From Macrostomum lignano (Eukaryota), in NCBI GenBank assembly GCA_002269645.1, contig NIVC01000084.1:1056144-1120143 (forward strand): 64,000 bases of DNA, given 5' to 3'. The position numbers and the translations under genes were made by a program. Positions 21,167-37,303 of this stretch are shown in pieces. Below the pieces are notes generated by a model that ran no database searches, was not told the origin of the DNA, and saw only the letters and a list, made by a program, of their open reading frames with translations. How positions within the stretch are numbered: position 1 is the first letter of the stretch; every line of letters starts with the position of its first letter.

Positions 21167-22489
21167 ATGAATCATTTGCTTGGACCTGATATTGCTGCTC
21201 TTAAAAGTGAATTGTCGCTATTTGATCAAAGTCCTGTTCAGTTTAGTGTTTTGGATAATCGGTATACTAACATTCAACCGCAACATGGTATTACAAAAGG
21301 ATCACCTATCGAATTTGAGGTTGTGCCTGCAGGCGATTTGTATTTGGATCTACAAGAAACTGTGCTCACGGTATGCTTCAGCGTTAGTGATAGTGAAGGT
21401 GAACCTATAGATGCAACAAAAAATTTTGTTTGTTTGAATAATTTGGCTATTGGAACATTGTTTGAAGACGTTCAATTTACTATTGGCGATACTGTAGTTG
21501 AAGGTGGTAGTTTTATGTATCCATACAAGGCTATGCTTCTTACATTACTGGAATACGGACATACAGCTCAGAAGGCTGGTTTACTACCGTGGGGATTTTA
21601 CAAGGATACAGCTGGTAAAATGAATGCAACAAGTGAAAACGATGGACGAACAAAGAGGCAGGCGCTTATTGCTAACAATAGGCGGTGCACTGTATCGGGG
21701 CCGTTATTCTTGGATTTGTTTCGTCAGCCTCGGTATCTACTATCAAAGACACCACTGCGGATCAAGCTCATACCGGCAAAAAGTAAATTTGTCCTGAGCG
21801 GGTCAACATTAGAAGCTGGTGCGGTATTAAAAGACTATGAGATCAAGTTTTTGCGTGCAGAACTACGATTGCGGTTTGTTCAACCCTCGCCGAGTGTTAT
21901 CAGTGCACATGCTCATGGACTTAAAAGTCACAATGCATTATATCCGCACCGAAGTCTAAGCCTTGGTACGTTTACTATACCCCGAGGATCGTCTAGCCAT
22001 ACGCATGAAAATTTGTTTCCTAGTGGAGTACCACGGCTTTTATTGATGGCAATCGTAAGCAACAAGGCATTCAATGGAAGCATGGACACTAATCCGTTCA
22101 ACTTTGAGCATGCAAATGTGAGCAGCATTGGTGTGTTTGTGAATGGAGACTCGGTACCATCGCGTCCGCTGCAGACAAACTTTGGAGATGATTGTGTGAC
22201 AGAGTATAATTTTTTGCTACAACAGCTTGGAATCTATCTACAGGGACGAGATATTGGATTTAATATGCTGGATTACGGTAATGGTTACTCAATTTTTGCA
22301 TTCAGTCTTGGAAGTGAACCTGGTGTCGGACGAGGAGTGCAACTGTATAAGGAAGGAAATGTAAAACTAGAGTTACGCTTCAATGCTGCAACTAGTACCG
22401 TGTACAACGTCATATTTGGAGGTATATTTGACAAGCAACTGCAACTGACTGAACTTCGCGACATTGTTCCTGGCACAGTATGGAAGTAA
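21167..22489 (+). CDS. Major capsid protein (double jelly-roll, Polinton/adintovirus type), 440 aa, intact
   Basis: KSELSLF..SPVQ...PIEF....LYLDL..T.L; LFRQPRYL....PLRIKL; P.RLLMA.V.N.AF.G....NPFNF; C-terminal G.V.LELRF. Confidence 0.92.
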   Translation: MNHLLGPDIAALKSELSLFDQSPVQFSVLDNRYTNIQPQHGITKGSPIEFEVVPAGDLYLDLQETVLTVCFSVSDSEGEPIDATKNFVCLNNLAIGTLFEDVQFTIGDTVVEGGSFMYPYKAMLLTLLEYGHTAQKAGLLPWGFYKDTAGKMNATSENDGRTKRQALIANNRRCTVSGPLFLDLFRQPRYLLSKTPLRIKLIPAKSKFVLSGSTLEAGAVLKDYEIKFLRAELRLRFVQPSPSVISAHAHGLKSHNALYPHRSLSLGTFTIPRGSSSHTHENLFPSGVPRLLLMAIVSNKAFNGSMDTNPFNFEHANVSSIGVFVNGDSVPSRPLQTNFGDDCVTEYNFLLQQLGIYLQGRDIGFNMLDYGNGYSIFAFSLGSEPGVGRGVQLYKEGNVKLELRFNAATSTVYNVIFGGIFDKQLQLTELRDIVPGTVWK

Positions 22490-23043
22490 TTGATTCTATC
22501 CTAGATCGTGGAGTAACAGATCGCTTCCTTCGCAATGTTGTATCGAAATTGTGCGCACATTTTTTAAATGTTGTATTTCTTGGTGTTTTTCCTCAAAACT
22601 TTGTTGGTGGACTTAGACGCTTACCTTTAGACGGTAAAGACTATTTTTTTATCGTTAATACTGACGTCTCTAACCTGCCCGGAAAACATTGGGTATGCGT
22701 TTGGGTTTATGGTCATCGAGCAGGTCGCGGTAGCAAACGACTTGGTGAATATTTTGATTCTCTTGGTCTAGTACCATTGCCAAGAATAGCAAAATGGCTA
22801 GGAAAAGAATGTGGAAATTCGAAAAATTGGTGTTATAGTCGCTTTGCTATCCAAGACCCGCAGAGTGGAAGTTGTGGATTTTGGGTAATTTTTTATATTT
22901 TTCATAAGTTGACTACCAGAGGAAACCTAGAGTGTTTTATTCGAAGCGTTTTTAAACGGAATATAATTCGCACTGGTTCGTTTCGATACTTGTATGGTAA
23001 ATTACGCAATTTTGTTTTACGAGTGCTGCCTCAATATTTGTAA
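22480..23043 (+). CDS. Adenain/Ulp1-like cysteine maturation protease, 187 aa, intact
   Basis: FLGVFP, IVNTD...PGKHWV, EYFDSLG, IQ...SGSCGFW (His-Asp-Gln-Cys). Confidence 0.93.
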   Translation: MEVIDSILDRGVTDRFLRNVVSKLCAHFLNVVFLGVFPQNFVGGLRRLPLDGKDYFFIVNTDVSNLPGKHWVCVWVYGHRAGRGSKRLGEYFDSLGLVPLPRIAKWLGKECGNSKNWCYSRFAIQDPQSGSCGFWVIFYIFHKLTTRGNLECFIRSVFKRNIIRTGSFRYLYGKLRNFVLRVLPQYL

Positions 23044-23299
23044 ACTCGCTAATTTGTGCGTCAAATTGTGTTTATATCTAGTTGAAATATACAATATACT
23101 GCTTGAAAAGAAGAATTTAAATGCGTTAAGTTATACGTGAAATAAGCTTTGTGTCAAATTGAATTTTGGTTGGGCTTGTAATTAGCAGCATTCATTGCGG
23201 ATAGAATTTAGGTGGATAGACAGGTGTTTGCGTAAAAGTGATTCAGCTAATTGGTTAATTCATTGCGTAAAAGCTAGTTTGCGTGCACGGCAAATTTCA

Positions 23300-23383
23300 G
23301 ACTCTGCCATTTTTTTGGGCCTGTACTTACTATGTATTTCGCCATAAGGAAATCGGCTTTGTGTCAAAAAAACGTATACTACT
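23300..23383 (-). repeat. Polinton right TIR (84 bp perfect; patchy similarity inward to ~23155)
   Basis: Reverse complement of 3802-3885. Confidence 0.97.
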
Positions 23384-23639
23384 GACATCGGCAGAAGACG
23401 CTGACTCCAGCTGCTGGCCCCGAGGAGCCGGACTGGGCGAGCGTGGCCGACTGCCTTCAGCAGGAGGTGAAGGACGTTGAGAAGCTGTGAGTGCCGCTGG
23501 CTGGCTTGAATTGTGGTAGAGAATTATTCAGGAAACAGCTCGACATGACTGTGTCTGTGTTGATGTCTGTCTGTCTGTCTGTCTGCCTGTCTGTCTGTCT
23601 GTCTGCCTGTCTGTCTGTCTGCCTGTCTGTCTGTCTGCC

Positions 23640-23680
<41 letters not shown>

Positions 23681-23698
23681 GCCTGTCTGTCTGTCTGC

Positions 23699-23750
<52 letters not shown>

Positions 23751-26700
23751 GTCTCTGTCTCTCTAGCTGTCTGCTAAAAGCCGCTATGTCTACTCACAGC
23801 AGTAGCCTGTGCGCATGTTTCCCAATTCATCACAGTAGTTTGGCATTGAGCCAGAGGCCGTCGATTCCCCATTCAGCTTCCAGGAGCAGTTGGACATGGA
23901 GACTCGAACCGCGGAGATGCAGAATGTGTTCAGTGGGCTGGCAATCAAAGATTGCAAAGATATCCACCCCTACCTGGTAAGTCAGTGCTGAGCATCATTA
24001 GCATTTATTGAGGATTCTCACCATTGCAATTCGCTTATCATAAGATTTACAATAGCTAATGCCGGTGCACTCACAGGTGTCTCTGCTCACCGAGAAGCTG
24101 GGTCTCGAGTATTTCACCAAAGTGCAGGCTGAGACTCTGCCGCTGGTGCTGGCTGGCAAAGATGTGCTCATCAAGACTCAGACTGGCTCAGGTGAGTCCT
24201 GCTGATAAGCTCCATAGAACTGATGTACTCAGAACAGCTCAGTGCGCACTGAGAGTTCAGCACAGCCACGGTGCATTCAGCACAGCCATGGTGCATTCAG
24301 CACAGCCATGGTGCATTCAGCACAGCCATGATGCATTCAGCACAGCCATGGTGCATTCAGCACAGCCATGATGCATTCAGCACAGCCATGATGCATTCAG
24401 CACAGCCATGATGCATTCAGCACAGCCATGACACATTCAGCACAGCCATGATGAATTCAGCACAGCCATGATGCATTCAGCACAGCCCCACTATCCTGAT
24501 GCACTCTTATTGCCCCCCCTCCGTCGCAGGCAAGTCTCTCGCCCTTCTGCTCCCGCTGGTGCAGCAGCTGCAGGCGGTGCAGCCGCCGCTGAGCCGCAGC
24601 TCGGGCACGCAGGCGCTGGTGCTGTGCCCCACACACGAGCTGGCAGAGCAGAGCCACAGCTTGCTGCAGCAGCTGCTCCGCCCCTTCGTCCGTATCGTCA
24701 GCGGCCAGCTGGTCGGCGGGGTGAAGCGCAAGTCGCAGAAGGCGTCGCTGCGCCGCGGTCTCAACATCCTGGTTGCCACACCGCGCCGCCTGTTGGACCA
24801 CCTGGAGCGGAGCAGCCGGCTGCACCTGGGCTCCGGCATCCGGATGCTCATCATCGACGAGGCAGACCGCCTGGCCGAGCTCGGCTTCGAGCGCGACGTC
24901 CGGCGCATCGTTGAGGCCGTCTGCGCCTGCGGCCGCCGCCCACAGACCCTGCTGTGCTCGGCCACCCTCACTGATGGAGCTGAGGGGCTGGCCGGCCTGG
25001 CGCTCAGCCAGCCCAGCTGCGTCTCCGAAGAAGCCGCCCTGCCGGCCAGCGTGCAGCACTTTGTGCTGGCCGCCCCCACCCGCATGCGGCTGCGCGCCCT
25101 GCTGTCCGCCCTGCGGCCCGCCCTGGCCGCCGGACACAAGGCCGCCCTGTTCCTGCCTACCCAGGTCTGACTGCCTGCCTGATGTCTTTCTGGCTGTATG
25201 TCTGTGTCAGTCTGTCCACCTGTCAGTCTGTCCACCTGTCAGTCTGTCCACCTGTCAGTCTGTCCACCTGTCAGTCTGTCCACCTGTCAGTCTGTCCACC
25301 TGTCAGTCTGTCCACCTGTCAGTCTGTCCACCTGTCAGTCTGTCCACCTGTCAGTCTGTCCACCTGTCAGTCTGTCCAGCTATCAGTCTGTCCAGCTATC
25401 AGTCTGTCCACCTGTCAGTCTGTCCACCTGTCAGTCTGTCCACCTGTCAGTCTGTCCACCTGTCAGTCTGTCCACCTGTCAGTCTGTCCAGCTATCAGTC
25501 TGTCCAGCTATCAGTCTGTCCACCTGTCAGTCTGTCCACCTGTCAGTCTGTCCACCTGTCAGTCTGTCCACCTGTCAGTCTGTCCACCTGTCAGTCTGTC
25601 CAGCTATCAGTCTGTCCACCTGTCAGTCTGTCCACCTGTCAGTCTGTCCACCTGTCAGTCTGTCCACCTATCAGTCTGTCCACCTGTCAGTCTGTCCACC
25701 TGTCAGTCTTTGTTACTCTGTCCACCTGTCAATCAGTCTGTCCACCTGCCAATCAGTCTGTCAGTCTGTCCACCTGCCAATCAGTCTGTGTCAGTCTGTC
25801 CACCTGCCAATCAGTCTGTGTCAGTCTGTCCACCTGTCAGTCTGTCTGTGTCAGTCTGTCCACCTGTCAGTCTGTCTGTGTCAGTCTGTCAACCTAACCC
25901 TAACCCTAACTCTCCCTCTTCCCAGTCATCAAATTTCTGTAATCTTACTACTCCGTCTATTGTGCTTCTAATATAAGTTCTCCACTCTCTGTCTATCTCC
26001 ATCGCTGCTTCCGCGAAGATGAGCTTTCATTTCCATTCACGCCTCAATATCCCCCAGGCTTCCGTAGACTTTCACCACGGCCTGCTGTCCGCTCTGCTCT
26101 CCGACTCCGTGCCGCTGTGCCGTCTCCATGGCAACCTGGCGCACGCGGACCGCATCAGGGCCTTCCGCGAGTTCGCCAGCCGCGGCGGCTCCGGCCTCCT
26201 TGTCACCACCGACGTCAGCGCCCGCGGCCTGGACTTGAGCCGCCTCTCCTGGGTCATCCAGGGCCCCGGCGAGCCGCAGCTCTACTGCCACCGCGCCGGC
26301 CGCACCGCTCGCCTCGGCCGGCCGGGCCGCTGCCTCCTCCTGCTGGACTCCGCCGAGGTGGCGCCCTATCTGCGCCTGCTGACAGCCCCGGACAGCCCCG
26401 GCCGTAGTCTCCGATTTGCCCCGGTGCCAGCGGGCCGCCTGATGGCCCGCTGCTGTCCGGAAAACTTCGGCCAGCTCACCCAGCTGGTGGCTGACACCGA
26501 GCAGCTCCGGGCGCTGGCTGAGGACGCTTTCGTGTCCACCGTGCGGGCCCGCGCCACCTTCGCAGGGGACCTCCGCGCTGCCCTGCCCATGCCGCACCTG
26601 GGCCATCTGGCCTCCAGCTTCTGCCTGGCCGACCCGCCCGGCGTCATCGCCGCCAACGCCCGCCGGCGGCGGCACCCGGAGGCGGTGGAGGCTGCGGAGG

Positions 26701-26816
26701 CTGCGGCCGCGTCCGCCAAGACTGAGCGGAGAACTTCGAAGGTTTCGGCCGGACGTCGGGTTCGGACGGGAGGCGCCGCCGTGGACAGGCTGTCCGAGTT
26801 TGCCAGCGGCATCTGA
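23384..26816 (+). CDS. DDX31: Host DEAD-box RNA helicase DDX31/DBP7; exons 23384(partial)-23486, 23877-23976, 24077-24191, 24530-25164, 26058-26816; 5' end cut off by the Polinton
   Basis: All four introns are GT-AG and phase-consistent. Q motif, [38 protein letters not shown]...IHPYL and terminal LSEFASGI resemble DDX31. Confidence 0.85.
23555..23762. repeat. (TGTC)n-type microsatellite in the first visible DDX31 intron
   Basis: Direct reading. Confidence 0.95.
24255..24487. repeat. 20-bp minisatellite (TTCAGCACAGCCATGATGCA) in a DDX31 intron
   Basis: About 11 copies. Confidence 0.92.
25200..25890. repeat. 16-bp minisatellite (TGTCAGTCTGTCCACC) in a DDX31 intron
   Basis: About 40 copies; accounts for the repetitive ORFs at 24773-25976. 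Confidence 0.95.
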
Positions 26817-27109
26817 CGCATTCAGTAGCTGCTTGCATCCGGCAATCAAAATCAAATAAACTGGCTGAAATCTGCTTTGCTGTGTTTCATTGACTGCACA
26901 GCTTTCTTTGATGCGAATTCGCACTGACAGGCTGCCAAGTATTTCTATTTGCACTCTTATTTTCACTGGATTGAATTGCTGCACTTTGCCAGCCTTGCTT
27001 TGAGGCCAGCTTTGAGTAACTGTGGCGACCTGGCCTGAAAAATTGAGACATAAAAAATGCAAAAATCTCTCTTTTTGGTCATACAGTCGAAAAATAAAAT
27101 GCAAGATGC

Positions 27110-27410
27110 AGGAGCCGAAAGCGCCCCTTAAATCGAGTGGCGGAAGCGCCCCTTAAATCGAGTGGCGGAAGCGCCCCGAATCGAGTGGGCGGAAGCGCCC
27201 AAAATCGAGTGGCGGGAACGCCCCGAATCGAGTGCCGGAAGCGCCCCGAATCGAGTGGCGGAAGCGCCCCGAATCGAGTGGCGGAAGCGCCCCGAATCGA
27301 GTGGCGGGAGCGCCCCGAATCGATTGGCCAGTGCGCGGGGGCGCCCTCAATCTAGTGACGGGAGCGCCCCGAATCGAGTGACGGGAGCGCCCCGAATTGA
27401 GGGTGGGAGC
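27110..27410. repeat. ~23-bp GC-rich tandem repeat (GGCGGAAGCGCCCCGAATCGAGT)
   Basis: About 12 copies with variants. Confidence 0.9.
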
Positions 27411-27984
27411 GACCGGAAAAGAGAATCAGGAATGTTTCGATGACGCCAGAACTGCAGCGGATATTCGGTACGAACTGGCGGTGAGCCCTCAGTAACATGA
27501 GGCCGCGGGCCCTGGCCGAACTGACAGCGAATTGATGGCAGCAGGCTGGCTGATCAATGCCTCGCTGCTGGCCGGGCCGCCCCCTCACGCCTGACTGGTC
27601 GCGGCGGCCAGAGCCGAAATCGATATTCCCGCGTGCTCGATCGCAGATTTATTGCGGGGCCCGTCGGCCCTCATGCTCGAGTTGAGCGGCAGCTAAGTAG
27701 AAAAGCTTGTGAAATTGTGCGGGCTGAGCGGCGCAAACCGAGGGCTGTTAGGAACTTTTCATTTCACCAGCTACTTGTGCTGCGATGAAAACAAATATTT
27801 GAATTATGAGGCCCGCGTGCTCGGGTCAGCTTGAGTGCGCAATGATTAAAGCCTTGAACTGGTGAGCTGGAAATAGTCATGAGTCATTACTGTCACTGCG
27901 GTCTTGTCGCAGTTTGAACCAAGCGATCTGGACGTGTGAGCGTATTTTATGTACAAGCAATAAAGCCTATCTTTAACTTTATGA

Positions 27985-32291
<4,307 letters not shown>

Positions 32292-35289
32292 TCCTTGTGC
32301 TCTTTTACCTTGGGGTTGCGATAGGGGCCTCGCGGCCTATTCGCGGCGCCTGCGCCCCCCGTCAGTAGTAAGTAAGTAAGTAAGTAAGTAACTTTATGAC
32401 CCAGCGGCGGTGGACCCTGAAAAAAGTGAACTTGGCCTTTGAACTTTTTTATGTTGAATCAGCGATAAATTCAGTGATGAAATACACTTGTAGACCTGCT
32501 GGCCTCAAAGCAACTCTCTGATGCCTCAAAGATCAGCAGCACAATAGTCCTTCAGTCATCCGGACTGAACTCAATTCAACTCCTTGCACCTTCGTTCAGC
32601 TTTGCTCCCCCCCCCCCACTCTGGCATTCGATTTCGCGCCCGGCCGAGCGCGGCTGAGGTAGCGAGATCCCCGATCCCTCCTCTCGTCCGCGCCGGGCCG
32701 CTTCTATCTGCCTTTAATTGCCCGGCTTAGAAACCGACAGCCACCCCAATTCGCGTGCCTTTGCCGCCGACGCGCCGAGTTTTGCCAACCGGGCCGCTTG
32801 CGGTCGGATTTTGAGCTGCTTTTAACTCGGCGACCTGCTTGAGAAGCAACTCGTCCGGATTAAAATAACGAACTGCTTCTCCTGGTGCGGAACGGTGAAG
32901 AGCAGCTGTGGAGGCCCGCGAAGGCTCAACTTGAAGGCTCGCGTGCCGGCCTTGAAAACTTCGCAACGGTCTTTTGGGGAGCAGAAACTTTTCACTGGCT
33001 CAGCTGACAGGCTGTGCTTAAAGTTGTTATTGTTTTTGACATTCGAGGCTGCAGTATGGAATTGTGAGCGAAGTGGCATAATAAAAATACTGATGGCACC
33101 GTTCTCATCATGCACATGGCGTACCTGTAGCGAGAAACGCCAATGAAGGCGCCCCTCACCTCACGGCAGTGCTGCTTCGCCCTCCTACGTACAGAGACCT
33201 GGCCTCAACGGAGCCCCGAGCCCCTGTGTACTTTCCTGCCCCGCCTGTCCAGGCCTCCGCCCTTCTGGCCTTGCTCTCAGATTCGGCTAATTAAGAGCCG
33301 CCCCCGCCAAAGAGTCACTTTTTATAAAAGCAAGAAACTGTGCGGGTCAACTGCCCTCTCCCGGCTTTGATGGTCCTGGAAATTTGAGACGCGGGAAGAG
33401 AAACTGCCTGGGGCGGATGGGGCCGCATGCGGGAGAGCGCCGGAAGCTGCGAAGGTCCTGCAGCCAGACAGGCGTTGCGGTATCCGATGGGCCTGTGAAT
33501 GCAGTGCATTTTATTTACTAATTGGACTCTCATGGGCTTTGCTTGCTGCAGTATTTAGTAAATGATCTTGCATGCTGCATCCTTCAAAGGTCAATGTACT
33601 TGGCTCGCCAATCAAAACCCGGATCTACTGAAAAACGTGCACGCGCTTAGTGGAGATGCCACGCAACCAAGTAATCCCCATCAGTTTAGTGACTTCAGAT
33701 GCATTTCTCTGCCGCGGCATTTTTCAACTTCCAACTATTGAATCTGCGATTTCTTGTGCAGCTGTTTGTGAAAGTCTGCAGCTCTGCCCCGACTCGATGG
33801 CAGATCGATCGCTGAACTGACGCTGCGCTCGCTTCAGGCTTCTGAGGCTGCGTCGCCCCTGTCTCTCTGGCATTATCTTGATAAGCTGGGGGGGGGGGGG
33901 GGGCAGATCTGCACCCGGAGCCCGCAGTGCTGGCCTGATGCGCGCGGGCAGCGGTCGCAGCTTGCGATTTGCGTGTTGCCGCCTCCATCAGCGAGCTTGC
34001 AAAACTATTTCCAAAAGACATTAATTGAATTACGCTGGCTTAATTAAGGACCTCAAGAGCGGCTTTCAGCGCTCCCTTGATGCGTCCACCGACCCTCCGC
34101 CCAGAATCCCGCCACCTTCCCCAACCCCACCGCCGCCATCAGCGCCCTCCTTCCTGCGATTTCGAGTTTGATTCCCCCGCTGTGCCAAGCTTTAATTAGA
34201 GGCCCAGCGATCGAATGGCTCTTAAAAGTTCCCGTCCAAGAGCTTCTTGCAGAACGGCAGCACAAAGACGGGCACGTCGCCGTCCTTAAGGACGCTGAGC
34301 TCAAACAGAAAGCGGCAGTTTTGAGTGCAGCTCTGCGCAAAGAAGGATTCATGTGTATTTTTGATCAGCATCGATCTTCAGACAGCTCTGAGCCTGCCGC
34401 GCATTGGCAAGTCGCTCCGGGCGCATTCAGTGAAAGAGCAGTTGGGGACCGCCTGACGGAACTGCAGAGCACAGATAGGCGAATAGATAACAGACTAGCG
34501 GATAGACAGAAACGGACAAGCAGGGGAGTTCGGCTTAAGAGTCATTTTACAAGTCGGCTTTAGACGCACTTGTAATGCCGCCAGGCAGTGCAGTACTCGG
34601 ACGGGCATTCTCCAGCATCAGCTGCTCCTCAGAGCCCCTGAAAGTGCAGAGCGATTGGGATAAGAGTGCGAGTTAAGCGGCATCCCTACCGTGCAATTGA
34701 GACAGGCTTGGACAGTTCTGAGACTTCGCTTGGTTCAAATAGTTCATTCGGCCCCCGGAATCCGGCGGACCCAAAGGCAGAGGGAGACCATCTGGCCCGA
34801 GCAATTTCCCCCAGGATCCATAATAAGAAAAAGTGATTGATTTTCTCCTTTTTGCTACAAAATCGATGGCCCGGCTTTGCCCCGCGCCCTTTATATTTCT
34901 CTCTGTCCGGGCGCAGTGGACAAGAGTTAATTTTGCCGGGAATTCGCACTTCTTCGGGCCTGCTGCAGGCGGGAATCGCGGCCGGGGCAAACCCTTGCGG
35001 GCACATCAGAAGACATTTTCTGCCCGTCTTAAGTCTCTTTGAGGCGGCACGCTAGCTGTCAGGATGGGATCTGGAACTATTAACTGGGCGCGGAGCGGGA
35101 AAATTTGCTTCTAGAGCCAGGTGCGAAGCCTTAATGTGTCAATTACTTCCTCATCAGCTTTTTAGAGAGCTGCTCAGCAGAAGCTCTTGATCAGATATCG
35201 ATTTAAAGGGCACCGTGAGCAATCCTTAGCGATAATGTTTTGCGATGGCCCCTAGCTCCCTTCATTGCCTCTTTGTACCACTCAGTCTC

Positions 35290-35605
35290 TGAACTGTGTG
35301 ACCCACTCCCGTACCTCTTATCTCTGTGTGACCCACTCTCGTACCTCTTATCTCTGTGTGACCCACTCTCGTACCTCTTATCTCTGTGTGACCCACTCCC
35401 GTACCTCTTATCTGTATGTGACCCACTCCCGTACCTCTTATCTCTATGTGACCCACTCTCGTACCTCTTATCTCTGTGTGACCCACTCCCGTACCTCTTA
35501 TCTCTGTGTGACCCACTCCCGTACCTCTTATCTCTGTGTGACCCACACCCCCTTACCTCTTATCTCTGTGTGACCCACTCCCATACCTCTTATCTCTGTG
35601 TGACC
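35290..35605. repeat. 30-bp minisatellite (GTACCTCTTATCTCTGTGTGACCCACTCCC)
   Basis: About 10 copies. Confidence 0.92.
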
Positions 35606-36574
35606 CACATCTGCACTTGTGCCACCTTGTACAGCCCTGCGTTGCAATAACTCCATGTCTGTCCTACCAAACAACCCTGGAGTTGCCACTTACGCTTAGA
35701 ACTGACTGGAAAGTTCAGAAAATTCTTCCTTCCCAGCAATTTTGCCCCCATTAGCAAGTCCAAGAGAATTCCCAGTTTCAACAATGCAGTTCATTCGGGG
35801 GCATCGGCAGACCGCGGGTCCAAGACGGGGAGCCTGACGGAATTCACGGGAATTGATGCGAGAATTCCGTCTGATGCGGCGGAGTGCGCCCAGCCTCCAG
35901 GCGGGGCCCACAGCCTACCAGTTTTCCTCGGTCGCTTTCCCTCTCTCAGGCCCGTCAATTTCCCGTGGCTCCCCGCCAGAGTGATGAAGCGCAGAGGCTG
36001 CGCGGGCCGACTGGGAGCTCCGGCGGGGGCGGCTGTGGGACGGAGCGCAGCTGGGGCTTGTCCCCGGTACCTCGCAGCCCCGCCTTATCTCGGCAATCCG
36101 CCCCCCCCGAAAGAAAGAAAGGCTGATGTCGCGGATTCAGCCGTCAGTTTTCAGAATAATTGGGCTGAAAGGCGCATATCGCTACCGATCGCCCAGCACT
36201 GCCACCTCTGCGACTCCCGCCGATGCTGTCCATTGTGCTGCCCTGCTGCACTTTCCTGCGCAGACTGAGGCATGGGACAAGTTTTGCCGCTGCTACCGGC
36301 TCTATGATAATTGATTTCTGCTGCCGGCGCGCCAGCGTATTGCCTGCTCGAGTGCCCTCTGCCCATAGGGCGCCGGCTCTAACTGCGATTTTCCTCCACT
36401 TCGGAGCAGGCAACTCAATAGTGCTGCGTGGCAGCGGTGCAGCTGCAATCAGTACAGCACACTGATTGCATTAGAAGCTTCTGCTGCTGCTCTGGGGGTC
36501 TGCAGGTCTGAGGGGCAATGCTAGATCTGGAGACTCATATGACTCAGGCTCAGGCAGATATCACTTACTGCCCC

Positions 36575-37210
36575 TAGATTGGCATCTGTACTTCTCTCTA
36601 TGGCCCAATCCTTCATCTGCATCTCTCTATGGCCCCAATCCCTCACCTGCCCCTCTCTATGGCCCCAATCCCTCACCTGCACCTCTCTATGGCCCAATCC
36701 CTCACCTGCCCCTCTCTATGGCCCAATCCCTCACCTGCCCCTCTCTATGGCCCAATCCCTCACCTGCACCTCTCTATAGCCCCAATCCCTCATCTGCATC
36801 TTTCTATGGCCCCAATCCCTCACCTGCCCCTCTCTATGGCCCCAATCCCTCACCTGCCCCTCTCTATGGCCCCAATCCCTCACCTGCCCATCTCTATGGC
36901 TCTAATCCCTCACCTGCATCTCTTTATGGCCCAATCCCTCACCTGCCCCAATCTATGGCCCCAATCCCTCACCTGCCCCTCTCTATGGCCCAATCCCTCA
37001 CCTGCCCCTCTCTATGGCCCCAATCCCTCACCTGCCCCTCTCTATGGCCCCAATCCCTCACCTGCCCATCTCTATGGCTCTAATCCCTCACCTGCATCTC
37101 TTTATGGCCCAATCCCTCACCTGCCCCAATCTATGGCCCCAATCCCTCACATGCATCTTTCTATGGCCCTAATCCCTCACCTGCATCTCTCTATGGCCCC
37201 AATCCCTAAC
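36575..37210. repeat. 29-30-bp minisatellite (CTCTCTATGGCCCCAATCCCTCACCTGCC)
   Basis: About 21 copies. Confidence 0.92.
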
Positions 37211-37303
37211 CCAGTCTCTGAAATGACACCTTGCAGCTCTGATTTGACTGAATGGACTTTAATCGCAGAGCAAAGGAGAGCAGTAATGCAGAGCAGAAGC
37301 GCT

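Larger units (their letters stand above)
3802..23383 (+). mobile_element. Complete Polinton/Maverick (adintovirus-like endogenous DNA virus), 19,582 bp
   Basis: Inverted termini AGTAGTATACG...CGTATACTACT. Full hallmark set: pPolB, rve integrase, packaging ATPase, adenain-like protease, major and minor capsid proteins. More AT-rich than the host exons to the right. No 6-bp TSD (ATTGTA vs GACATC). Confidence 0.97.

Noticed and set aside
25891-25910. CCCTAA telomere-like repeats
   Set aside because: Only 2-3 units; too short to call an interstitial telomere.
24457-27104. Long antisense and alternative-frame ORFs over DDX31, and repeat-derived ORFs
   Set aside because: Explained by GC-rich codon bias and intronic minisatellites.
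32403-36570. Numerous 60-136 aa ORFs on both strands
   Set aside because: No recognisable motifs or consistent splice chain; probably non-coding.
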